Assembly: GCA_010093815.1 (NCBI GenBank)
Contig: ML996589.1
Length of the DNA: 64,000 nt
Reading direction: 5' to 3' (one strand)
Source: Pseudovirgaria hyperparasitica
Lineage: Eukaryota
In this document: one piece after another, positions 26,601 through 39,000 of the stretch
How positions within the stretch are numbered: position 1 is the first letter of the stretch
Layout of the letters: every line of letters begins with the position of its first letter
The notes under the pieces: generated by a model
What the model was told of the DNA's origin: nothing
The model's input: only the letters and a program-made list of their open reading frames with translations
Databases searched by the model: none
Program-made: the position numbers and the translations under genes

Positions 26601-28928
26601 ATTAAGTCCTATTATAAATATGTCTAGTGGCTAGGGTAAGGTCGAGTATGGATCCGCCCTTATCTTATTTATATTTTCGCTAGATAATCTATCCTACTAG
26701 TATAAGAAGGTATAGAAAGCCGTGGTATCGGGTGTATAGTTCTCTAGCTCGAAGCTCTTCGCGGGTGACGGTTAGTCTACCCTACTAGCTATAATAGAGG
26801 TTAAAGTCTCCTAGGAGGATATGTTATCCTAGCTCGGTAGTACCCTTAAGCATATTATCCGCCTAAAGCGATTAGTTCTAATTATATATATTATATATAT
26901 AGAGGGGTCCGATATTTATCTAGAGGTATAGTATTATCCGGAGATTATCCCGTTTAGTATACGACTATAATAAGAGTAGAATAGACTTATAGATATAGAC
27001 GAGGACTCTCCTCTCCGGTCCTAGGGGGTGTATTATATAATATTCTAGGTATGTTATTGGTTTATTCGTCTGGTAGTATTTATATAGCTCCTATATAGCG
27101 AGTATTATAGCTCCGGTCTCCTTAAGGAGTATCGCCTGGTTCTTACGTTTATACTATACGTTTACCTATATAATTAGGAGTATATCTTGGTCTCTTATTA
27201 GGTGCTAGGGAATATATAGACCTATATATTTATTTCTCTAAGACGCGACTATCCTCGTACGGCGGCGGCCTTAGTAATTCCTTAGGGCTGTCCTATTATT
27301 AGCTTTCTCGGGATAGTTTACTATTCCTAACCGCTTCCTTATAAGGAGGTAGTCTATAGTAGTAGTATTATAGTAAAGAGAGGAACGGTAGTAGGTCGTA
27401 TTATTTATAGCTACCTTACTCCCTTCATCCGGATTAAGTGGATATATTTAGTAATCTATTTACGTTTCGCGCACGTAGCCGACCACGACGGGTACTTACT
27501 ATTGTAGTTAGAGTACTTCGCCATATCCCTATCTCTTTAGCCCTCTCCTTATATTCCGTAGGGGCACTCCTAGGTACTATATTCTTATTAATACCACCTA
27601 TATCTAGTCTTTTAGGAGCACTGCTATACCGTATACCCGTATCTCTAATAGTTAAAGCACTATATTATCGCCTATACTCTATCCTATGGTTCTACTATAA
27701 GAAGCTCCCCTTCCGCTAGGAATCCCTCTTACGTAATTTAATGCGCGAGGGCGGGGTCCTTAAGCTCTACTATTATAGTAGAGTATGCCTTTAATCTAGT
27801 TTTAATCCCTTATATATTCTTCTACTATGCTCTTATAATCTTAATCCCTAGGTATTTTCGCCCGTTTAACTATTCTATCCGCGTAATATCCTCTTCTCTA
27901 ATAACCTATCCGCTTATAGATATAGAGTATATCTATATCGGGTATATGGCCGCCCTAATAGAGGCGTCTAGAAAGATGCTACTAATCGCGTTCGGATCGC
28001 GCGAGATAGTCTACTACGCGATATTTATTATCGTGGTAAGTACTACTCCTTCTAGCGTAAGTTTAGTAATAATAACGTTTAACTATATTCCCTTTTATTC
28101 GTTAATCTTACTTACTATATCCTTTAGGGATACTTGCTAGACCTATACTAGGGTATTCTTATCCTAGATTACGACGTATATACTATATACCACGTCGCTG
28201 GTCCGGGGGGCCCGTAGTATAGCCTCCGGTATTACTACTATTTATATCTATATACTAGGGCGCTTACCTTAAGTAAGTTCCTCCTAGATTCTACGTAGGC
28301 TAGCCTCTATTTAGTCGAGCCTATCCTTCGGTCCTCCTAGTTATATCTTCTTCTCCTCCTCTATAATTCCCTTTAGATTCCGGATAAGGTCCTAGAATAT
28401 ATATAGAAGGGTCTTCTAGCCCTCTCCGGCTTCCTTCTCTATATATACTACCTAGTAGTTAATATAATCTAGGAGGGTTTCCCCTCTCGGGGTCCCCTTT
28501 ATTCCGTCTATCTATGGCGGCGTGCGCCTTTAGATATGTTCTACGTTTTAGATAGGTGTATAGTTACCCTTAGTAATATCGCTATATGGCCTTTTCTATT
28601 ATACCGGTGGGGGTATATCTAGTATATACCGGGGTATATCGGTGCCTAAGGCCGCTATATTTATTAGTTAAGGGCTACCCTTAACTAATAAAAGGGGGTT
28701 AGCATATTAGTATTCTAGTAGCGTAGTCCGTGCCTCTATCTCCGTAAGGATTTTAAGAGGGTATATATATATCTTTACACGGCGATAACGTCTTAGTTTC
28801 GACGCTATACGTACGTGCGTATAGTAGTAGTTAGTATACTCGGTATACTCTATCGATTAAGGTGTATATCTCGCTATATTACCCTGAATGGACTAAGTTA
28901 GCCTCTTGGGGATGTAAAAGTAAAGTTT
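23637..28928 (-). mobile_element. Tad-like LINE subfamily B copy B2, full length (~5.3 kb)
   Basis: (TTA)n tail at ~23637-23650, 3' UTR, ORF2, ORF1 and 5' UTR are all present. Reverse complement of B3. No TSD is visible. Confidence 0.92.
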
Positions 28929-29912
28929 AAATAGTTTTCCTATCTAACTATACTACTATCTAATAACTCTATTCTTATATTCGAATTACTCTCTATATAG
29001 TACTATAGTTAAGATAGTCTAACTAGAACTAAGAAGGTTAACACGATCTACTATAGGGATAAGTAATACTATATTAAATAATAGGGATCCTCTATAATTA
29101 GTATTAATCCTAGCTATTTCTAACTAAGAAGTAGAGATATTAGACTAAATCACGGAGCTTTTAGACGAAGAAATAGTAGATATACTAAGTAACTTCTAAT
29201 AATATAAAGCTAGATAATAAGTTATAGCGGAGCCACGTAAGGTATTATAATAAACTATTACTAAACTTTAAGAATACGTTATAAATTAGACTTAAGAGAT
29301 TTAAACTCTTAAAGAATAGATAGAACGCGCGAAACTCCTTATAAAGAGATAAGAACTTAAGGAGTCTCTTAAAGAACTACGCCGAATAATAGTAGATAGA
29401 TAACTTTCTATACTAATTTAGGCGGAATTAGTTTACCTACTATTAGAGTTATAATAATCTACTATACTCCTAGCCGCTTCATTACCGATTTACCCTACTC
29501 CTTCTCTAGATATACTAAAATCTAAAGACCTAACTATATTTATAGAGAAGAACTAAAAGGAGTAGAAAGACTAGAAGAGAGACTACGAAAAGTACTTCCT
29601 TAATAATCCTCTACTCTTTTCTACTAAAGTATAATATATTTTATTTAGAGAATAATACCTAGACTTATAATTCTATAATTAATAGAATATATAGAAGGAA
29701 GTATAGCTACTATCTGTAATAACCTAGAAATATTTAGCTATATTTATACTAAACACTCTTAGAACGGATAGAGAATATAAAAGAAAGGTACTATCTAAGT
29801 TAAGAAGCGTACTATAATAACCGAACTAGATATCTACTTAACTACTATAATACCTCTAAAACCTATAGAATAATATCTCTACGCTATAGAAAAATATTTA
29901 TATATTCTAGTT
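28929..29912 (+). mobile_element. gag: Gypsy 5' leader and gag fragment (probably family G2), RIP-degraded
   Basis: After RIP reversal one frame gives a coiled-coil segment, then approximately PKSKDPTVFTGKNQKEWKDWKRDCEKYF...TWEHLATFMLNTLG...LRSAxQQPNQT, a typical fungal Ty3/Gypsy capsid pattern. Confidence 0.65.
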
Positions 29913-32900
29913 GGCTACGAAGCCTCACGAACCGCGTCCACGTCGTCGTAGCTAGGCAATGCCTCTATAGAGGTAGTAAGAGGTTTAGAGCGGCGTTAAT
30001 GGCAACCTAGTCGTCGCTAGATAGATGGTTAAAGAGTTTTCGCGGAGCGTCTACCTTACTAAACCACGCTAATATAACCTAGCTAGGGAAGTATATACTT
30101 TCATTCTATCCCTAATTAACGCGTTAAGAGAAGTTCACGAGAATAAAGGGATAAGAAAACCACCTAACGCGCTACTACTATGTCGAAAGCAGGCCTAAAT
30201 CTATCTTACTAACTAGGTAGACGAAGCGGAGGTCCTAGTAGCGCGATAGGATACCTCGAGGCTTAAACGGCTCTAGGAACGTAAGGAACACGTCGAGGGT
30301 AACTAAGAAACTACTACTAGAAGAACTTATTAAAGCTAACTCTCCTATAGTATTAAACTACGTTTATTAAGCCGCCTAGTACGACTACTAGTAGCACGAC
30401 TCTATTAAGACCTTTCGCTCGATACAAGATACCACTTTACTACTAATAGATAGAGTAGCTCCCGCGTACGAGAGATGTTATAGTCTACCATAGAAGGTAG
30501 GATACTAGAGTATATAGATAATAGTATATAGATATAGGTAGAAGGCAGCTATAGGGACCCTTTAAGAGTAGTAGAAATAAGTCAGGTTAGTAGAAAGAGA
30601 ATACCTAAGTCGCCTAGGCGTATATACGTAAGGGATTTAGAGGATACTCTCCTATAAGACACGGTCGGCCTATTATAGAGAGATCCTTATAGGTAACGCG
30701 AAACCGAAAAGTAGTAATACTTAAAGGCGGGGCGTGGTATATAGTAGTAACTACTAGCTCTAAGGACCTTACCCCTTTAATAGGCTCTAACCCTTAGTAT
30801 ATCTAGAAGTAGATAGGATTACGTCCTAGCTAGAGAGACTACTATATAGCCCGAGAGAACGGATGCGCGTATCGATTTATAAAGAGATAGAACGTGTCGC
30901 CTATAAGGCACGTACGCTAGTATTATAAGTTTAAGGAGTAAACCTCGTAGTTACCTAGCTAGGAGAGGCTTCGGTTACCTCTTCTAGTAGAGCCGGAGAT
31001 ATAAGCCTAGAGGGGATAAGATAAGGCGAAAATAGGAGTAGGGCCTAATGGTATAGAGCACGTCGAACCTATAGGAGTTATCTAACTCCGAACTAGAGGC
31101 CCTCGATATAGCCGGAGCGTTTAACAAGGTAAACCACATAAGACTTATTTATAACCTCCGGATAAGACGAATACTAGAATGGATTATACGCTTTATATAG
31201 TTATTCCTTATAGGAAGAATAACTTAGATATATATCTCTAGATACTAGAGCGAATATAAAGAGACGGTATACGGTATTCTATAAGGGAGCACTATCTCTC
31301 TAATTCTATTTCTCTTCTTTATAGTAGACCTTCTTTAAGGAATAAAGTATATAGAGATAGTCGGATACGCCGATAATATATACCTCCTAGCTATTAATAA
31401 TAATACTAACCGAACGTATAGACGACTAGAATAGAACTATAAGAGGTGCCTCTAGTAGATAAAATACTATAGAGTAAAGTTCGCCCCGGAGAAATACCAG
31501 CTTATACACTTTATTAACCGTTAAGGGAAATAGGTAACTAGGGAAGGCGAACGACGCCCCCGAATCGACGCATTTAATAAACTACTAGTATAAAGCATGC
31601 GCGCGCTCGGAGTCATACTAGATAGCAAGCTTAAATAGGGACCATAAGTAGTATACACCGTCTCTAGAGCCCTCTAGGTAGAAGCTACTATATAACGGAT
31701 TATAGCCTCTATATAGAGAACCGCCCGGGATAAGGCACGCTAGCTATATATATCTATGGCACGACCCGCCTTTATATACGGACACGAGTACTAGTATACG
31801 GCCCTTATATAGACTAGGCGAATAAAGCTCGAATCTATATAGAACCGTATACTCCGTCTTATATTAGGCGTATATAAAGCTACTAATACGGTGCTACTAT
31901 GACACGAGATAGACGTTATAAGTATATATAACTTCTACTAGATATAGAGAGTAGTATACTTTACTAAATAATAAGTATAGGAACGTATAGGAAACGTAGA
32001 ATATACTTTCGCCGCGCTACGTGTACGAATTAGTATATATTACCGCGCACTTCTATATATAGGCTAGAATCGAATACGGTATAGGTGCTTAATAGAAGCT
32101 AACTCTAGCTAAGTAGTATAAGAAGTCCGAGATAACCCGGACGCTCTCCTAGACTAGTAGAGCCTTTAAGAACTCGTAAAAAATATATAGTTATAGACTT
32201 AAGATAAGTAGAAAGAGGCACTCCGTACCTACTAGACCTTCTAGTAGGATAGATACCTAGAGTAGATTCGAGGGCTATAGAAGGAACCGAGTAAATAGAT
32301 ATATAAAGGGCTAACGAAAGCCTAAGTATCTATACTTATCTAAGCCCGAACGGGCGCTATAGAACTTCTATACTATATCTATAAGAGAGGCGTTCCTAAT
32401 ACCTCCCTATAGTATAAGGCGTATAGCTAGAGAGGTATAATACGCTACTATCTAGCTATATACCCTAACCTCTATATATAACGGTAATAGCTTATCTACG
32501 TTACGAAGACTTTAGATATTATATAATAGCTTAATAAGTACCCTAAGAATATCTCCCGATAGATACTTATATATCTACTACTCCTCTAGTACTAGTAGAC
32601 CCGGAAATATATACCGGAAGAGACCCGGCATACGCCGGTAGTAACCTAATATATACCGGAAGAACCCCGGGAGAACCCCGATTATTAGTCGAGGGCAGCC
32701 CTTAACTAATAACCTCCGTATCTACACGTGCTATCTAAGGGCGAAATAACGGTAATATAGGCTATAGGCTAATAGGCGTACCCTATAGCTATATACTTAA
32801 GACGAAACAGAGGTTTAACGAGATGTAGTTATAGATATAAGGAAGTTTTTCCCTATAGGGTTTCTTCTTACATAGTGGCTTAGACTAGAGAAGGCATAGG

Positions 32901-32951
32901 CCTATAGAGTACTACTCTACCTAGTTATATAATATTATTATTATTATTATT
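29913..32951 (+). mobile_element. Chimeric retroelement copy 1: 1188-bp unknown module (29913..31100) fused to ~1.85 kb of LINE A 3' end (from RT LDMAGAF to tail)
   Basis: The module is colinear with the reverse complement of 52618..53805. From 31101 the sequence matches LINE A ORF2 and 3' UTR and ends in (TTA)n. Confidence 0.88.
32682..32712. repeat. 31-bp palindrome TTATTAGT(C/T)(G/A)AGGG-nnn-CCCT(T)(G/A)ACTAATAA; least-mutated example of 13 complete copies in the window
   Basis: Copies start at 12778, 15971, 23324, 23872, 28661, 32682, 35988, 40798, 42711, 47343, 49873, 52492 and 56232, with a partial copy at 60633. Confidence 0.95.
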
Positions 32952-33065
32952 ATAGAATTACTTAACGTGATTTACGTAGTTTATCTTAATAATATACTAA
33001 TTTACTCTAATAGTATATAGAATTATAAAGAATATGTGAAATCGGTACTAAATTATCTAAGATAG
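32952..33065 (+). mobile_element. pol: Gypsy G2 RT fragment (YLDD region)
   Basis: Reverse complement of ~59283..59396. Reads GLLDVICVVYLDDILIYS...HVKSVL after RIP reversal. Confidence 0.8.
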
Positions 33066-36000
33066 TATTAGGGCTAACACTAGGATAGACTTAACTAGAA
33101 TACTATAGTCTAGTACGGTCCGTAATAGGTGGACCTAGGGTAAGCTAGCTAGAATAAGCGAGACTACTATATAAGTAGGCCGCACATACTTAATTCCTAC
33201 TCTTTAGGAATTAACCTCGTTAAGAGAGTAGACTACCCTTTTAAATATATTCCCGAATCCTCCTATGACCTATTAGACTACTATCCTACGTCTATAATCC
33301 TTATATTTTGATTTCTCTTTATATAGCACGATAGTAGTTCATAGAAATGGCTCTAACTACTCGTTATAACACCCGTCGCACCGCCTCTTATAGTAGACCT
33401 TCTCCTAACCTAAACGAGAAGAATAGTCTACCTATAACTACCCCTACTAATGACTATACCTTATAGACTATCGCACCGATAACTCGTACGATATTCCGTA
33501 TAACTATAGAAGATATTATAGAATATAAGGATAGAGTCTATTATACTCTATCTTAGTCTAGTTTGAACTATACTAGACCTAACCTTAATACGAGGCTAGA
33601 CCTTATTAACGTTAACGAGTTAATCCGTTAGAATTACCTAACGTTAACTATACCTTATAACGACGTATATACTAGACTATATAAAGAGAGGTAATAATAG
33701 GTTTAACTCGAGTAATAACTACACGAACTCGACGAAGCTCGAGGATATACTATAAGACTTAAAGCTATATTACGCGCTTTAGTTCTAGTAATAACTAATC
33801 TATATTTATATAGACCTATACTAACTAAAACGATCTATCCTAGTCTACTACTATCCCAATTACCCCGACCTAAGAAACTACCTTACTTTAATAGTAAAAG
33901 TAGAAAGAGTTTCCATGCATAGGCTTACTAATATAGCCGATTCTTCTATCTATTCACGAACGATAGCGATAAAATTAGATTCGCCTAGAACTACCTTAAC
34001 CCGACGCCTTTAGAACGTTAGATAGTATACTAAATTAAATATTCTAAGGATATCTATAACTAGGACACGTTCACCAAATTTCTCCTCTAATATTTTAGCG
34101 ATAGGGCTAAACGACGCGACTAGGCCTAGGGCCATATCTTCGAGACTCGATAACGAGATAATTAGTTACCGTTATAACTCCTTAAATACCTTCGGCCCCT
34201 CTAGAGAGAAGCCGAAGAAGATTATATGATTTAATAGTGTGACGACTTTAAATAGTCCCTCGCCCTAAATATAAAGGACCGTCTCGACCTTATAATAATA
34301 ATCTCTATAGACCTCTAAGCTCTTATAAACCTCGTAGAGCGATACTAGCGTATAATAAATAATTAATACCGCGCTAGTGCACGACTATCTCTAACGATCT
34401 AATCTAACGTAAAATCGTCTAACTAAAACTAATTTAGTAATAGATCTCGCGGGATATTATAAGGCTACTACTACGCCTTAAATTTAAAACCACGCGGATC
34501 GTATCGTGGATCTCTCTACTAATTAATATATCGAGATACAAGGACCGACTTATATAAATAACCTAAAGTTACTTACTATACCTATAGTAGAATAGGCTAT
34601 ATAGTACCTAAGTACCGTTTAGGGAAGCTACTAAGTGCTAACATAACTAACTAACTAGTTATATACTATAAGTGCTAGTAGCTAGAACATATCGCGCCTA
34701 ACTACCTAGTATAGAATATAAAAAACTAATAGCCTACGAGAAACCCTCGCGACTTATAGACGCGACTATAATAGAGGGATAATCCGCTAAATAATATATT
34801 AAACTATAGGCTAGATCTATTAAGGTCCCTTATAGATAATATTAGACTATAATACTTAATAGTAGGTCGGCTACTAACGTTATATCGACCTAATAAGCAC
34901 GAGAACTTAACGCTAATATCTAAGCTCTAATAGGTACTATGTTCTATGGTATCGACGGTCCTATTAAGTTATACGGTATCTATACTATTAAATACGGTAT
35001 CTAGGATAGCGGAGGGAAATAGAAACTCTACTACTTAACCTTTATCGTAGTAGATAGTCCCTTTAATATAATCCTAGGTATACCGTAGCTTAAGAAATAT
35101 AACCTAAAACTAGACTTCCTTAAGAAGATAGCTAGCTAGCGTATAAATCTACCTTAATAGAAACTAGTATAGCTTATTAATAACGAATAATTCTAGAAAG
35201 ATTACGAGAAGGCAATCTCTACTATCTATATACTCTTACTTACGTAAAATAGCGAGCTTAGTATTAAAGTAGACGAAAACCTACTATATTAGTATAAAAT
35301 ATACTAATATATTACGTTAGCGATCGATTTCTCCGAACTACCTTAATACTAATCTACTAACCTTACTATTAATCTTAAAGACGGCTAGTAACCTCTATAT
35401 AGACCTATCTACCCTCTTTTAGAACCTAAGTTATAAGCCCTTTAAGAATATATCAAAAAGAACCTTACGCGAGGATAGATTAGGCCTAGTATATCTCTAG
35501 CCGGAGCTCTAATCCTCTTTATAAAGAAGAAGGATAGAAGCCTCCGTCTATATATTAACTACTATAGCCTAAATAATATTACGCGAAAGAATTATTACCT
35601 ACTATCTCTTATCTCCGAGTCTATTAATAGACTAGGACACGTAAAGATCTTTACTAAGCTCGATCTACGTAACGTCTACTATCGCCTTCGCATTAAGGAA
35701 GGCGACGAATAGAAAACGGCTTTTAGGACCCGTTATAGATACTTTAAGTATAATAATAATAATAATATTGTATAACTAGGTAGAGTAGTACTCTATAGGC
35801 CTATGCCTCCTCTAGTCTAAGCTACTATGTAAGAAGAAACCCCATAGGGAAAAACTTCCTTATATCTATAACTACATCTCGTTAAGCCTCTATTTCGTCT
35901 TAAGTATATAGCTATAGGGTACGCCTATTAGCCTATAGCCTATATTACTATTATTTTACCCTTAGGTAGCACGTGTAGGTGCGGAGGTTATTAGTTAAGG

Positions 36001-39000
36001 GCTGCCCTTAACTAATAATCGGGGTTCTCCCGGGGTTCTTCCGGTATATATCGGGTTGCTACCAGCGTGTACCGGGTCTCTTCCGGCATATATTTCTAGG
36101 TCCACTAGAATTAGAGGAGTAGTAGGTGTATAATCATCTACTAGGCGACGTCCTTAGGGTACTTATTAAGCTATCGTACGATATCGGAGGTTCTTATCGT
36201 ATAGATAAGCTTCTACCTTTACGTGTGAAGATCGGGGCATATTACGAGATAGTAGCGTATTATACCTCTCCGGCCGCACGCCTTATACTATAGAGACACG
36301 TTAGGGACGCCTCTCTTATAGAGGTAGTATAGGAGTTCTATGGCGCCCGTTCGGGCTTAGAGGAGTATAGATGCCTAGGCCTTTATAAGCCCTTTATACA
36401 TCTATTTACTCGGCTCCTTCTATGGTCCTTAGATCTACTCTAGGTACCTATCCTACTAGGAGGCCCACTGGGCCCGGAGTGTCTCTTTCTACTTATCTTA
36501 GATCTATAATCGTATACTTCGTCCGAGCTCTTAAAGGCTCTATTAGTCTAGAAGGGTATCTAGGTTATCCTTAATCTCTTATGCTACTCGGTTCGAGTCT
36601 ATTTCTATCGGGCACTTATACCGTAGTTAAGTCCGGCCTATATATAAGAGTGCTTAGTAGTATACGCTAACTCGCGCGCGTAGCGCGGCGAAGGTATATT
36701 CTACTTTTCCTACACGTTCCTATACTTATTATTTAGTAAAGTATACCACCCTCTATGTCTAGTAGAAGTTATATATGCTTATGACGTCTATCTCGCGTCG
36801 TAGTAGCACCGTGTTAGTAGCTTTATATGCGCCTAATATAAGACGGAGTATACGGTTCTATATAGATTTAAGCTTCGTTCGCCTAGTCTATATAAGGGCT
36901 ATATACTAGCACTCGTGTCCGTACGTAAAGGCGGGTCGTGCTATAGATATATATAGTTAGCGTGCCTTATCCCGGGCGGTTCTCTACGTGGAGGCTATAA
37001 TCCGTCGTATAGCGGCTTCTACCTAGAGGGCCCTAGAAACGGCGTATGCTACCTATGGTCCCCATTTAAGCTTATTGTCGATTATAACGCCGAGTGCGCG
37101 TATACTTTATGTCGGCGGTTCGTCGAAGGCGTCTATTCTAGGGCGTCGCTCGCCTTCCCTAGTGGCCTATTTCCCACGGCGGTTAATAAAGTACATGAGT
37201 TAGTACTTTTCGGGAGCGAACTTTACTCCGTGGCGCTTTGCCTATTAGATATATCGCCCGTGGTCTTATTCGAGTCGTCTATATATTTGGCTAGTATTAT
37301 TATCGATAGCTAGAAGGTATATGTCGTCTACGTACCCTACTACCTCTATGCGTTATATTCCCTAGAGGAGGTCTATAGTAAAGAAGAGGAATAGGATTAG
37401 AGAGATAGTACTTTCTTATGGGATGCCGTAAGCCGTCTTCTCGTACTTACTTCGATATCCGGGGATATATATCTAGGTGACTCTTTCGGCGAGGAAGGAC
37501 TATATAAACCGCGTAATCCACGCGGGTATACGCCTCTTCTATAAGTTATAGATGAGTCTCGTGTGGTTTACTTTATCGAATACGCCGGCCATGTCGAGGG
37601 AGAGTAGCGTTACTACACGTCTCTACTTCCATACGGTCTAGACGACTTCGAGGATGTGTTAGATAGCGGTAATTAGGGAGCTTCTAGCCTTCGCCTTCTG
37701 GTTTGCTAGGAGGAGGTTGTATTCCTATACTATGGTACTTATCTTCTTCGCGATCGTGGCCTCTAGTATCTTCCCGAGATAGAAGAGGAGGGCGATTGGC
37801 CTCTATCCTTTCGGGGAGTTAGAGTTCTTCCCTGGTTTCGGGAGTATAACGGTATAGGTAGCCCGGAAGCTTTGGGGGTGGTATCCGTTCTTAATATATG
37901 CTTAAAATATATAACTAATGAGCGGTAGGGTAGCTGGTATAGTACGTTTAAGGCACCTATTCGGTATTCTATCTAGTCTAGATGCCTTATTATTCGGGAG
38001 TGCTTTAACGGTGTTAAGTATATCCTCCTCGGTAACCTCTTGGGGGATATTAATTACGTCTAGGTATTTAGTATTATTAATATCTAATAGGTCTACTAGC
38101 TCCGGGAGGGGGAACATAACTTCACGTAAGATCTCCGTCTTCTCCGGGCTTATAGAGTATATTCTCTCTTAGTATATTAGGGGAGGCATTAGTGGCGGCG
38201 GTGTCGGCGCGTCTATACCCTTAGCCTACTTTACCATACGCTATAGCCCTACGGCTTACCGTGTGTGTTTATCGGTAATCGTACGCCATTGCTTTCGTCG
38301 TTTATTACGGAGGGCCCTATCACGATATCGCACTGCTTCCTTCTACTCTTCCTACGCCTCGGTTATCCGGATATAGTATACACGTGTATATAGTCTACGG
38401 GCGTCTCTTCTATACTCTCGCATTTAAGGTATACCCCTCGCTTCTAGGGGTCTGTACGTTTGGTATGGCACGTGTTTATCTCTTATAACTTAGTATACTT
38501 AAAGGAGGACTTGCACGGCCTTATCTATGGCTAGGCCGTTAGATACGTCGACTATAGAGGGGTCTAGAATCGCCGATTCTAGGTCCTCTAGGTATTTATC
38601 CTAATCGGTGTCCTTCTATAGCTATTTTCCACGTTATTCATTAAGAGTAGAGACGTCTATTGCGGTTTCCATGTATTCGTGGTCGGAGTCCGTCTATATC
38701 CGGCTCGGGCGGTAGTACTATACTCTATGGCTAATGTGCTCGGTGGCGAGGGTAAGGTCGAGCGTAGACCCGTCCTCGTCCTATTTATGTTTCCTCTAGG
38801 TAATCTACCCCACGGGTGTAAGGAGGTATAGGAAGTCGTGGCACCGTATATATAGTTCCCTTGCTCTGAGTTCTTCTCTCGCGACGGCTAGGCCTCCCCA
38901 CCACCTATGGTGGAGATTAAAGTCGCCTAGGAGGATGTGTTATCCCGGCGTCGTGGTGCCCTCTAGTATATCGTCTAGCGTGAGCGATCGCTATTAATTA

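Noticed and set aside
30780..30800. CTAACCCT in the 1188-bp module as a telomerase RNA template
   Set aside because: The match is too short and RIP readily creates CTAA from other sequences. It needs a consensus and a covariance search before any claim.
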